IMG/VR virus record: IMGVR_UViG_3300017725_001848
Reading direction: 5' to 3' (one strand)
DNA from: a virus
DNA: 64,000 nt
The translations under genes were made by a program, and so were the position numbers. Every line of letters begins with the position of its first letter. Within the stretch, counting starts at the first letter, position 1. Below, one piece after another: positions 9,029 to 18,203 of the stretch. The notes under the pieces were generated by a model. That model worked only from the letters and a program-made list of their open reading frames with translations. It ran no database searches and was not told the origin of the DNA.

Positions 9029-9430
9029 ATGGCACTAGATGTGACGACAAGGCAAATTTGGGTAACATTTCAAAAGGAAGGTGTACATTTGTATCCTGCC
9101 GCAAAAGATGACCCAGCATTAGCAACAGGTGATGAATATGATGTTAGCTTTTTAGGCTATGCACACAGACATATTTTTCACTTTAGAGTGGCAATTGATG
9201 TATTCCATGATGACAGAGATATTGAATTTATTCAATTCAAACGTTGGTTGGAATCATTATATGCTAAAGATGGAGTCCTAGAACTTAATCACAGAAGTTG
9301 TGAAATGATTGGTGAAGAATTAGCTAATCAGATTCATAATAGGTATCCAAATAGATCAATAACAATAAGTGTTGCAGAAGATAATGAAAATGGTGCAACA
9401 ATGACTTTTAACCCTGTAACTAAAGGATAG
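9029..9430 (+). CDS. T-fold protein, QueD/6-pyruvoyl-tetrahydropterin synthase paralog (DpdL-like)
   Basis: LGYAHRHIF replaces the QueD CxxxHGH motif; SCEMI and VAEDNENGA T-fold motifs. LxxxHRHxF is, from memory, the signature of the predicted CDG decarboxylase DpdL. Confidence 0.7.
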   Translation: MALDVTTRQIWVTFQKEGVHLYPAAKDDPALATGDEYDVSFLGYAHRHIFHFRVAIDVFHDDRDIEFIQFKRWLESLYAKDGVLELNHRSCEMIGEELANQIHNRYPNRSITISVAEDNENGATMTFNPVTKG

Positions 9431-9433
9431 ACA

Positions 9434-9856
9434 ATGTCTACAGATAATAAAAACGTTGAAGTGAAGAAAGACTTCGTAAAACGTGAACGCAAAGAAGAAA
9501 GTGTTGCGGTTCGTTACTTTAGAATGAGTGGGTTCTATAATATCAATGATATTAAATATGACCTACTTAAGATTATACAACCATATGATGGTTATATGTA
9601 TAATGAAAAAGAAACTAATCAATTGATTAGTGTATTCAACTCCTACTTGGGAGATCTACGAGAAGCTAGGAAGATTTTTAGTTTTGAAATTGTTCCTACT
9701 GAAAAAGAGAATGCAATTACATTTGACATTCAAATTAAAATGCAGAGAGATCGCAGTCCTAAAAAACTTAAGATCCACGTAGGTAAACTTTGGATTCAAC
9801 CAGAGCATGAAGCTTCAAATGATAATGAAGCGGAGGAGGCGAAAGCTGATGCGTAA
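9434..9856 (+). CDS. Hypothetical protein
   Basis: AAGGA RBS; intact ORF within the operon. Confidence 0.65.
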   Translation: MSTDNKNVEVKKDFVKRERKEESVAVRYFRMSGFYNINDIKYDLLKIIQPYDGYMYNEKETNQLISVFNSYLGDLREARKIFSFEIVPTEKENAITFDIQIKMQRDRSPKKLKIHVGKLWIQPEHEASNDNEAEEAKADA

Positions 9857-11066
9857 ATTATTTTATATGGGTTTAGAACCGTATGAAGGAAGATACACTC
9901 TACAATTACAAGAGTGGAGTGAAAGAGTATTTAAAAAGAACAATATAGATTATGTAATTGTTCCTGGTACTACTATTGATAATACAAAGTCTATTAGTGT
10001 TGGTCAAGTGTTAGATGCACACGGTAGAAGTTATTTTGGTATGAGCCAGCTTATGAATCTAGTACAGATGATGCGTAATGGAGAAGTGACAGCAGAAGAT
10101 GCAGTTTTCTTTGAAGATATGTTTCAACCAGGTATTGAAAGTTTGCCATATATTATGTGTCAAATTCCAGAAGCACAACGACCTAAGATCTTCTTACGTT
10201 GTTTAGCACAGGCTGTTGATCCAGATGACTTTGTTCATGTATGGGGTATGGGCAAATGGATGGGCTTGTATGAAAAAATGTGTAATGAAATTCCTAACGT
10301 TCATATACTAGCAACAAATGAAGAAATGGTTGCTCATATGAGAATTGCAGGTTGGGAGGCACCAATTTATAATATATCAGGTTTAAGTTTTGGTAAAGAA
10401 GAAGTACTAGAAAGAGTAAACAATAAAGTTAAGCCATGGGCAGAACGTAGTAATAGAGTTGTATTTGCGGCAAGGTTTGATCAAGAGAAACAACCAGATT
10501 TCTTTATGGATGTCATTGAAATGGTCCATGAAAAAACTAGAAACTTTGATAGAGAAACGTTAACAGATAGAATTGATCCTGTAGAATTTGCAGTATTAAG
10601 TGGAGGTCCATTAAGAAGCAACAATGAAAAGTATTTGAAACGTGCTTTAGAAATGGAAGAAAAAGGTCAATTAAAAATATATAAAGACTTGCAAAAAAAC
10701 GATTATTATAATATAGTAAATGATAGTAAAGTTTTATTTAATTGTGCATTACAAGATTGGGTAAGCAATACAGTAAGTGAAGCAGACACATTAGGTTGTA
10801 ACGTAGTGTATCCTGCTTATAGAAGCTTTCCTGAAACGTTTGCAAATGATTATAGTAGGCTTTATACTCCTTGGAGTAAAGAAGATGCAGTTGCTAAGAT
10901 TATGGCTGGATTAGAAAAGCCAAGTGAGGATATGGGTAAATTAAGTGATTGGACTAATGGAACTATTGACCGTATGATTCATATTATGCAAGGTGATTAT
11001 AGAGCTAATAAGTGGTTACGTAGTGGAAATAGATATAGAGATCACGTAGCGGAGGCAAAGTATTAA
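9849..11066 (+). CDS. GT-B fold glycosyltransferase (GT4-like)
   Basis: VVFAARFDQEKQP and the C-terminal donor-binding motif QDWVSNTVSEADTLGCNVV. Start moved from the track's 9807 to ATG 9849. Confidence 0.7.
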   Translation: MRKLFYMGLEPYEGRYTLQLQEWSERVFKKNNIDYVIVPGTTIDNTKSISVGQVLDAHGRSYFGMSQLMNLVQMMRNGEVTAEDAVFFEDMFQPGIESLPYIMCQIPEAQRPKIFLRCLAQAVDPDDFVHVWGMGKWMGLYEKMCNEIPNVHILATNEEMVAHMRIAGWEAPIYNISGLSFGKEEVLERVNNKVKPWAERSNRVVFAARFDQEKQPDFFMDVIEMVHEKTRNFDRETLTDRIDPVEFAVLSGGPLRSNNEKYLKRALEMEEKGQLKIYKDLQKNDYYNIVNDSKVLFNCALQDWVSNTVSEADTLGCNVVYPAYRSFPETFANDYSRLYTPWSKEDAVAKIMAGLEKPSEDMGKLSDWTNGTIDRMIHIMQGDYRANKWLRSGNRYRDHVAEAKY

Positions 11067-12062
11067 ATGGCAAAAGTATTAGTAACAGGAGCAAATGGTT
11101 ATATAGGTGCTCAAACTTGTAAACAATTAACAAAAGATAATCATCACGTAGTAGCAGTTGATCGTAATCCTATAAGACATGAATACTATAATGATTTCTT
11201 TGAAGGTAGTTATACAGATCCTGCTATTCTAGCATTTTTAAAAGGTGTAGATTGTGTAGTACATATTGGTGCAACAAGTTTAGTTGGACCTAGTGTACTT
11301 GATCCTGCATCTTATTATTTTAATAATGTAACTGGTACTCTAGTATTACTAGATGCTTGTAAAACTGTAGGTATTAACAGATTTGTATTTGCAAGTAGTG
11401 CGGCAGTTTATGGAGAACCAGAAGAAGAATATTGTACAGAAACAGATGAAGTAAAACCAGTTAATCCATATGGCTGGAGTAAACGTATGACAGAAGTTAT
11501 GTTAAAAGACTTTGCTAGAGCTTATAGTTTATCTAGTGTAAGTTTACGTTTCTTTAATGTAGCTGGTGCAGATAGTGATTGTGAGTTAGGACAAGAAAAA
11601 GATGGAACTCATATAATTGCTAAACTTATGGAAATGACTATGGACGGCAAAGATTTTACACTTAATGGTGATGACTTTAAAACACCAGATGGAACTTGCA
11701 TAAGAGATTATGTTCATGTAGAAGATGTTGCTAGTGGAATAGTAAAAGCAGTAGAATTTACAAAGAGCAATATAGGTGCTCATGTATTTAATTTAGGTGA
11801 TGGTAAAGGTTACAGTAATAAAGAAATTGTAAAAGCAGTAGAAGATAATACTCCTTTAAAACCTAACGTAAAGTTTGGACCAGCAAGAGCAGGAGACCCT
11901 GCCAAGCTAGTAGCAAATGATTTTATTACCAGTAGTGTGTTAGGTTGGAAACCTGAATATGATTTAAATCATATTGTAAAGACTGCATACGATTGGTATC
12001 AAAAAAAAGAGGTCAAGCACTCAGCAGACATCCTCGTCTTTAACTCGGAGAAAAAGAAATGA
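11067..12062 (+). CDS. galE: UDP-glucose 4-epimerase
   Basis: TGANGYIG, FASSAAVYG, YGWSK, LRFFNVAG, DGTCIRDYVHV, RAGDP. Confidence 0.9.
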   Translation: MAKVLVTGANGYIGAQTCKQLTKDNHHVVAVDRNPIRHEYYNDFFEGSYTDPAILAFLKGVDCVVHIGATSLVGPSVLDPASYYFNNVTGTLVLLDACKTVGINRFVFASSAAVYGEPEEEYCTETDEVKPVNPYGWSKRMTEVMLKDFARAYSLSSVSLRFFNVAGADSDCELGQEKDGTHIIAKLMEMTMDGKDFTLNGDDFKTPDGTCIRDYVHVEDVASGIVKAVEFTKSNIGAHVFNLGDGKGYSNKEIVKAVEDNTPLKPNVKFGPARAGDPAKLVANDFITSSVLGWKPEYDLNHIVKTAYDWYQKKEVKHSADILVFNSEKKK

Positions 12063-12748
12063 CAATAAGAGACACAATTAAAAAACGACTAGAAGAAAAC
12101 AATGTTAGATATTGGGCTAATGATAATATTAGCAAATACATTGATGCAGATGAAAAACAACAATTAATTGATGAAGCAGTACCTGCTTTTGAAAATGTAC
12201 TACAAAGTTTATTGATAGATACAAAAACAGATCCTAACAGTATGGATACCGCAAGGCGTATGGCTAAGATGTATATCAATGAGATTATGTCTGGCAGATA
12301 TAATGAAATGCCTAATCCTAGTGCTTTTCCTAACTACATTGAAAATGGTTATGAAGGTATGCTAGTTGTGAGAAGTGAACTTACAAGTCTATGTTCGCAT
12401 CACCATCAAACAGTAAAAGGTGTAGCATATATTGGTATCCTTGCAGGACCTAAACTATTAGGGTTATCTAAATATACACGTATCGCTCAATGGTGTGCAA
12501 GACGTGGAACACTACAAGAAGATCTAAATGTTATGATTGCAAACACTATTCAGGAAACAACAGGTAGTGATGATGTAGGTGTTTATGTACAAGCAACACA
12601 TGGTTGTTGTGAGAACAGAGGTATCCAAGCACATAGCAGTTTAACACAAACTACAGTATTACGTGGTGTATTCAAAACAGATCCTAACGTTAAAAAAGAA
12701 TTTATTGATAACGTAAAATTACAACAACAATTTGCACAAGGAAAATAG
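12059..12748 (+). CDS. folE: GTP cyclohydrolase I
   Basis: SLCSHHH, LGLSKYTR, LQEDL, HGCCENRG. Confidence 0.92.
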   Translation: MTIRDTIKKRLEENNVRYWANDNISKYIDADEKQQLIDEAVPAFENVLQSLLIDTKTDPNSMDTARRMAKMYINEIMSGRYNEMPNPSAFPNYIENGYEGMLVVRSELTSLCSHHHQTVKGVAYIGILAGPKLLGLSKYTRIAQWCARRGTLQEDLNVMIANTIQETTGSDDVGVYVQATHGCCENRGIQAHSSLTQTTVLRGVFKTDPNVKKEFIDNVKLQQQFAQGK

Positions 12749-12752
12749 ACTC

Positions 12753-13235
12753 ATGATTGATAAGGTTTATTATACTTGGAAAGATATTGAGCATATGATT
12801 GTTACTATTAACAATCTTATGTTTGCAGATAATTGGCGACCTGATTATATTGTAGGCATGACCCGTGGTGGTTTAGTACCGGCAGTTATGATGTCTAATT
12901 CAACAGGCATAAAAATGTATGCTCTTGATGTTAGATTCAGAGATGTTACTAAAGACAACAATCCTGAAAGCAATAAGAAAATGGCCGCAGATGCTTATGC
13001 TGGCAAAAACATTCTAATACTTGATGATATAAATGATAGTGGTCGCACATTTCAATGGATAAAAGATGATTGGAATATTAAGTGGGGTACTAACGTAAGA
13101 ACTGCCGCTCTAGTTGATAATGGATCTAGCAATTTTGGAGAAGTAGATTACACAGCCTTGGAAATTAACAAGATGGAAAAAGACGTCTGGGTTGTATTTC
13201 CTTGGGAAGGAGAAAGGGACTATGGCAACATATGA
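12753..13235 (+). CDS. Type I phosphoribosyltransferase (xanthine/guanine PRTase-like)
   Basis: IVGMTRGGLVPA, PRPP motif ILILDDINDSGRT, C-terminal WVVFPWE as in Gpt. Confidence 0.85.
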   Translation: MIDKVYYTWKDIEHMIVTINNLMFADNWRPDYIVGMTRGGLVPAVMMSNSTGIKMYALDVRFRDVTKDNNPESNKKMAADAYAGKNILILDDINDSGRTFQWIKDDWNIKWGTNVRTAALVDNGSSNFGEVDYTALEINKMEKDVWVVFPWEGERDYGNI

Positions 13236-13764
13236 TATTGAAGTTACTGGTTCTGGCGGTGAGATTACAATAGGAAGTATATCCCAAGAATCATACGAGT
13301 ATTGGGAATCGCAAACAGACGAAGCATTAACTTCTCATTTATTTGACAGTTCAAGTGATATTCCCGAAGACGATGAAAGATATATAGGAAACTTTGAAGA
13401 TAGTGGAGATATAGTTCATACTTATGGAGTAAACTTAGATGATTGTAAAATTGTAGTAAAAGATGAAGATGGACAAGAAATATATACTACATTAACTCCA
13501 ACAATAACAAGAAATCACATTGTTGATCATAATACATTAGACCCAGGATTCTACTTAAAATCACTTACATATGAAAAAGGTATGTTTTTTCAAGCTGAAA
13601 TAGACACTGACAAATTTAACAAAGATCTACTTAAATTCTATGCTAAAAGCATAGATAATGATGCTATAATTTATGGCATAGAGTATGATAATAAAGAGCT
13701 AGAAACTGACACAGGAACTACAAAAGTACGACAAACAGGGCAAAGTTTGTACGAAATTTTATAA
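13222..13764 (+). CDS. Acidic hypothetical protein
   Basis: Intact ORF; ATG 13222 is preferred over the track's 13192. Confidence 0.65.
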   Translation: MATYDIEVTGSGGEITIGSISQESYEYWESQTDEALTSHLFDSSSDIPEDDERYIGNFEDSGDIVHTYGVNLDDCKIVVKDEDGQEIYTTLTPTITRNHIVDHNTLDPGFYLKSLTYEKGMFFQAEIDTDKFNKDLLKFYAKSIDNDAIIYGIEYDNKELETDTGTTKVRQTGQSLYEIL

Positions 13765-13804
13765 AACCCTTGATTTTATTAGACTTTTAACCAAGACATT
13801 TCGG

Positions 13805-13833
13805 TTGACATTCTTGGTATTCTTTGTTATTAT
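13805..13833 (+). promoter_or_regulatory. sigma70 promoter TTGACA-N17-TATTAT with extended -10 TG
   Basis: -35 at 13805-13810, TG at 13825-13826, -10 at 13828-13833. CCAAGA (13791) and TCTTGG (13812) form an inverted repeat flanking the -35. Confidence 0.75.
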
Positions 13834-13870
13834 ATATGTATTGATAAACTAAAACAGTCAGGAGACTATA

Positions 13871-16558
13871 ATGAAAAAGCTAATTGCAGTTGCATTACTA
13901 GTAGTAGGATTAACTACTTCAGCAAATGCGTCATCTTTTAAAAGTTATTACGATTATGCATCAGGCCTAAATAGCGGATTGCAGATCAGTTTTTCCACTT
14001 CAATGATTAAGGCCTATGAACGAAGTAACAAAACATATGGCAATTTAATTACAAAATACGATCATATGTTTGGAAAATATTCTTGGTTCCAAAATATGAA
14101 ATCAAGGTACAAATTTCAACAAGCAGAAATAGTTAAGTATCAAGCCTTAATTAATAATAAAGAAGCATTAGTTACTCTAGTTAAAACTGAAACTAAAGTT
14201 ACTAATGGTGTTATTGTTACTAAAGGTGATACTATAGTTGCAAGTGAAAGTTCAGCAGTAGTAGAAGAAAGAACAGGTAATACTGTTAAAGAGTATGCAG
14301 TTGTTACTAAGATATATTCTACTCCTGTTAAAAAACAACACTGGCAAAATACACAAACTATTAAACATTACAGTGACGGATCAATGGGTTCTACTAGTGA
14401 TGTTAAAACAATCAAAATTGACAATACTACTGAAACTGAAACAAAAGTTGAAAAAGAACTTATCAGAGAATATGCAGTAGTAATAGAACAACCAATAGAA
14501 GATACAGTAGTTGTTACTCTAACTGAAGCTGAATATCTTGCTAGAGATGATGTATCTTTATATGATACACAAACTTACAAAGATGCAGTTTGGAATATGA
14601 ATAGCAGAATTAACGAATGGTATACTACTGAAATTCTTTCTAAGAACTATGGTAACCATTTAGAAGTAATTGGTGCACCGGCGGCGTGGAGTAGAGGATA
14701 TACAGGTAAAGATAGTATTATTGCTATTCTTGATACTGGTATTGATTTAGACCATAGCGAGTTTGAAAATAAAATTATAGATGCAAAATGTTTTACAAGT
14801 ACTTGTAAAGCAGGACACGAAACTATACAAGATGAAAATAGATACTCGCACGGAACACACGTTGCAGGTATTGCGGCCGCTAATTTAGATGGCAATGGTA
14901 CTACAGGTGTTGCTCCTGATGCAAGTTTATTAATTGCTAAAACAGCCTGGAATTTTGGTATGTTTGATTTTAGTACTGCCGACGAAGCTATTGCTTGGTC
15001 AGTACAAAATGGTGCTGATGTAATCAATATAAGTGCAAACTATAACTTTGATAGAACTTATATGAACAGTACTACAGAAGTATCGCCAGGTATGTATTTT
15101 GCAAATGATACACGAGGTAGAAATGGTATTACATATGACAAGTATGGATATGCGGCCTTATACAGTAGTGATATATATTACAAAAATATTGTAGAAGCTA
15201 TGAAAGGACATGAAGCAGTTCTTGTATTAGCGGCTGGTAATCAAAATGCTGACTATGCCGGACAGCCTAGTAAACTTGCATTTGAAGATGGTGTAGGTGA
15301 CAGGGTAATGATTGTTGGTTCATGGGATACACGAACTAATAAAATGGCACATGGTAGTAACAGAGCAGGTACTATATGTTATGACTTTAACTCAATTACA
15401 AATACTTGTAATTCAGATGATAAAGTTAGTGATCACTATTTGATCGCTCCTGGTAGATATATTGCGGCTCCTGATGCTAATGGTGAATATAGAACTAATA
15501 GTGGTACATCGATGGCGGCTCCTCAGGTTAGTGGTGCAGTTGCTATCATACATCAAATGTGGCCACATATGAAAGGTTCTAATATTAAGAAACTATTGCT
15601 AACGACAGCAGATAAAACAATAGCAAACTATGATGTAAATGTTCACGGACAAGGATTGTTAGATCTAGATGCGGCAACACTTCCACAAGGTGTTGTAGGA
15701 ATTCCTACAACAGGTAGAGCAGATGGAAATACAGTAAGTGTTGATGGAACTATTGCATTTAGTGGCGGTGCTAATATTTCAGCTTTTAATGAAATTATGG
15801 TATTAGACGAGTACGATAGAGATTATTATTTCAACGGAAATAATGTCGTACAAGTAAATGATACTAGAACTACTAGTGCTATATTGAATACTAAAGCAGG
15901 ATTTAACACAAACTATTATGCAGGTTATACTGGCGGACACTTTTTACCAGTTGCACATAATACAATGTTAAGTGTAAATGAAAATGCTAGTCAATATGGA
16001 ATTGCTACAAACATAAATAAGTTTACAATAGGTTATATTACAGAAGATAAAAGCTTCTTAGGTAATATTGCTGATAGTCCTCTTATGAGAGTTAACGGTT
16101 CACAAACTACATACTTAGGTTATAACAATAATCTTGATGTCGGAAATGGCGTTAACGTGTTTGGTAGTGCAACAGTAGGTTTCACTAATCTAAACGTTGA
16201 TAAAAGCTCAATGCTTAAAAGTGCAGATATGATGTTATCAAATAGTGCTACAATAGGTGTTAAACGTACAATAGACACCCATAGCTTCGGGTTTACAACA
16301 AGTATGCCAGTTGCTATAGTAGATGGCGATGCCAAGTTTAATATGCCTTCTACAGTAAGTGCTAATGGTGATATTGAGAATAGCGACATAAACAGTTCGT
16401 TAAAATCACAAAATAGAGAGATAGACTTTGGTGTGTTCTACAATGTAGGACTTACTGAAAATAGTACAATCTCAAGTTTTGCAGAAATGAGAACAAACTA
16501 TGCAGGTACCGAAGACGATACTGTTGAACTAGGTATTAACTATAGGATTACATTTTAA
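13871..16558 (+). CDS. Secreted S8 subtilisin-like serine protease with C-terminal outer-membrane beta-barrel-like (autotransporter-like) domain
   Basis: Signal peptide MKKLIAVALLVVGLTTSANA; triad ILDTGID / SHGTHVAG / SGTSMAAP; amphipathic beta-rich C-terminus ending in Phe (INYRITF). Confidence 0.85.
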   Translation: MKKLIAVALLVVGLTTSANASSFKSYYDYASGLNSGLQISFSTSMIKAYERSNKTYGNLITKYDHMFGKYSWFQNMKSRYKFQQAEIVKYQALINNKEALVTLVKTETKVTNGVIVTKGDTIVASESSAVVEERTGNTVKEYAVVTKIYSTPVKKQHWQNTQTIKHYSDGSMGSTSDVKTIKIDNTTETETKVEKELIREYAVVIEQPIEDTVVVTLTEAEYLARDDVSLYDTQTYKDAVWNMNSRINEWYTTEILSKNYGNHLEVIGAPAAWSRGYTGKDSIIAILDTGIDLDHSEFENKIIDAKCFTSTCKAGHETIQDENRYSHGTHVAGIAAANLDGNGTTGVAPDASLLIAKTAWNFGMFDFSTADEAIAWSVQNGADVINISANYNFDRTYMNSTTEVSPGMYFANDTRGRNGITYDKYGYAALYSSDIYYKNIVEAMKGHEAVLVLAAGNQNADYAGQPSKLAFEDGVGDRVMIVGSWDTRTNKMAHGSNRAGTICYDFNSITNTCNSDDKVSDHYLIAPGRYIAAPDANGEYRTNSGTSMAAPQVSGAVAIIHQMWPHMKGSNIKKLLLTTADKTIANYDVNVHGQGLLDLDAATLPQGVVGIPTTGRADGNTVSVDGTIAFSGGANISAFNEIMVLDEYDRDYYFNGNNVVQVNDTRTTSAILNTKAGFNTNYYAGYTGGHFLPVAHNTMLSVNENASQYGIATNINKFTIGYITEDKSFLGNIADSPLMRVNGSQTTYLGYNNNLDVGNGVNVFGSATVGFTNLNVDKSSMLKSADMMLSNSATIGVKRTIDTHSFGFTTSMPVAIVDGDAKFNMPSTVSANGDIENSDINSSLKSQNREIDFGVFYNVGLTENSTISSFAEMRTNYAGTEDDTVELGINYRITF

Positions 16559-17133
16559 TGTCAGTTAAACCATACAAAAGAGGCAAACTAGAGGTCATCG
16601 CAGGCCCTATGTTTGCCGGTAAGAGCAGTGAGCTTCTAAAGCGATTGCTCTTTATTGAACACGGTGGACACAAAGTATTAGTGCTAAAGCCTGTTATTGA
16701 TGATAGATATGATAGCAATTTTATTGTTACACACAATCAACTAAAACATCCAGCAGTAGCAGTTATAGATTTGGAGTTAGTCAAAGATAACTATACAATT
16801 AAACCTTATAACTTTCATACAGTATTCATTGACGAAGTACAGTTTTTTGATACGGCAGAAACTATGTGGTTTATTGAAGAAGGATTAAGAGAAGGTGTTA
16901 ACTTTGTATGTGCAGGATTAGATCAAGACAGTAGAGGTGTTCCTTTTGAAACTACATCAAGATGCTTGGCACTAGCAGATGAAGTTATTAAGATCAAAGC
17001 ATTCTGTACTATATGTGGTTTAGATGCTGGTAAAACTCAAAGACTAAGAGCCACTAAACTTTCTGATAGAGTAAAAGTAGGTGGTGCAGAAACTTATGAA
17101 CCAAGGTGCAACGAACATTGGGAGGCAAAGTAA
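16558..17133 (+). CDS. tdk: Thymidine kinase
   Basis: GPMFAGKS, FIDEVQF, AGLDQD, CTIC, VGGAETYEPRC. Confidence 0.95.
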   Translation: MSVKPYKRGKLEVIAGPMFAGKSSELLKRLLFIEHGGHKVLVLKPVIDDRYDSNFIVTHNQLKHPAVAVIDLELVKDNYTIKPYNFHTVFIDEVQFFDTAETMWFIEEGLREGVNFVCAGLDQDSRGVPFETTSRCLALADEVIKIKAFCTICGLDAGKTQRLRATKLSDRVKVGGAETYEPRCNEHWEAK

Positions 17134-17328
17134 ATGGCAAAGCAATATGCAATAAAAGTTGAACTTGCTCCTAACGATTGGATTTACATAACAAAAAGCG
17201 ATAGCAAACATTGTTGGGATCTTGTTCCAGAAACTTATAAGTCTAAATTAGATGCAGAAAAAGCCGCAGGTATATGGCGTAAAAAATCAACTAGAAACAA
17301 TGTAAAGGTAGTGAACTATGAAAATTAA
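17134..17328 (+). CDS. Hypothetical protein
   Basis: Short ORF coupled to its neighbours. Confidence 0.55.
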   Translation: MAKQYAIKVELAPNDWIYITKSDSKHCWDLVPETYKSKLDAEKAAGIWRKKSTRNNVKVVNYEN

Positions 17329-17767
17329 TATTGGAACTCATCCTAACCCATATAGTATTCTTTACAAGATGGGTATTAATACTGAGCAAAAGATATCTGT
17401 AAAGATTAACAAATGGGATACTTGGAATATGGATGTAACACTAGCACATATTATTCATCCTATGCTAGTTCAATTAAAAGAAACAAAAAATACACATCCA
17501 CCAAAGTTAACAGAACAAGAATGGGATAGTATATTAGATGATATGATATTTGCTTTTAAATCTAAAACTATTGATTGGGAAAGTGAGTTTACTTCAGGTG
17601 AATGGGATATGAAATTAGTTGATAAGATTGAACCAGGACTTGCAGAATTAACAGAAGGTCCTAATCATACATATAAAGTTGATACAAAAGGAATGAAAAA
17701 TTATCAAAAAAGAATAGCAAAAGGCTTTACACTATTTGGAAAATACTATAACCATCTATGGGATTAA
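17318..17767 (+). CDS. Hypothetical phage protein
   Basis: Intact ORF overlapping the previous stop. Confidence 0.65.
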   Translation: MKINIGTHPNPYSILYKMGINTEQKISVKINKWDTWNMDVTLAHIIHPMLVQLKETKNTHPPKLTEQEWDSILDDMIFAFKSKTIDWESEFTSGEWDMKLVDKIEPGLAELTEGPNHTYKVDTKGMKNYQKRIAKGFTLFGKYYNHLWD

Positions 17768-17786
17768 TTAGAAGAGGAACAATGAA

Positions 17787-18203
17787 TTGGCAGATTACAG
17801 TGAACCAGAAAGATATTATGATTGGATGCTATGGAAAATGCGACAAGAAGAAAGTATTGCCAACAAGTATCCAGATGGATATAGCACAGACTGGAGACAA
17901 TACGAAATGAAATTTGAAGAACAAGTAGTTAAATCAGATCTAAATAAAGAGAAAGAACTATTTTGCATAACCGCAGAAGAATGTGGTGAGTTAGTTCAAG
18001 TATGTATGAAAATTGCTAGATGGGGTGTAGATAAGAAAAAGATGCAGGACCTTATTGAAGAAGTTGGCGATGTTGCTTTAATGCTTGACTTGATAGTAGA
18101 TGCAGGGTTTATTACTAAAGATGAAATTAATGCACGTAAACAAGTTAAAAAACTTAAATTAAAAAAGTACAGTAGTTTACACGGATACAAGTATGAAGGA
18201 TAA
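17787..18203 (+). CDS. MazG-like nucleotide pyrophosphohydrolase
   Basis: AEECGEL ... IEEVGDV acidic motifs of all-alpha NTP pyrophosphatases. Confidence 0.7.
   Translation: MADYSEPERYYDWMLWKMRQEESIANKYPDGYSTDWRQYEMKFEEQVVKSDLNKEKELFCITAEECGELVQVCMKIARWGVDKKKMQDLIEEVGDVALMLDLIVDAGFITKDEINARKQVKKLKLKKYSSLHGYKYEG

Noticed and set aside
9029-9430. Calling this canonical QueD
   Set aside because: The catalytic Cys of CxxxHGH is absent (LGYAHRH).
13762-13772. AAAACCCTTG shared upstream of the promoters at 13805 and 33126
   Set aside because: There are only two copies, at different distances (42 and 51 nt), and one is part of a terminator stem. That is too little to call a motif.
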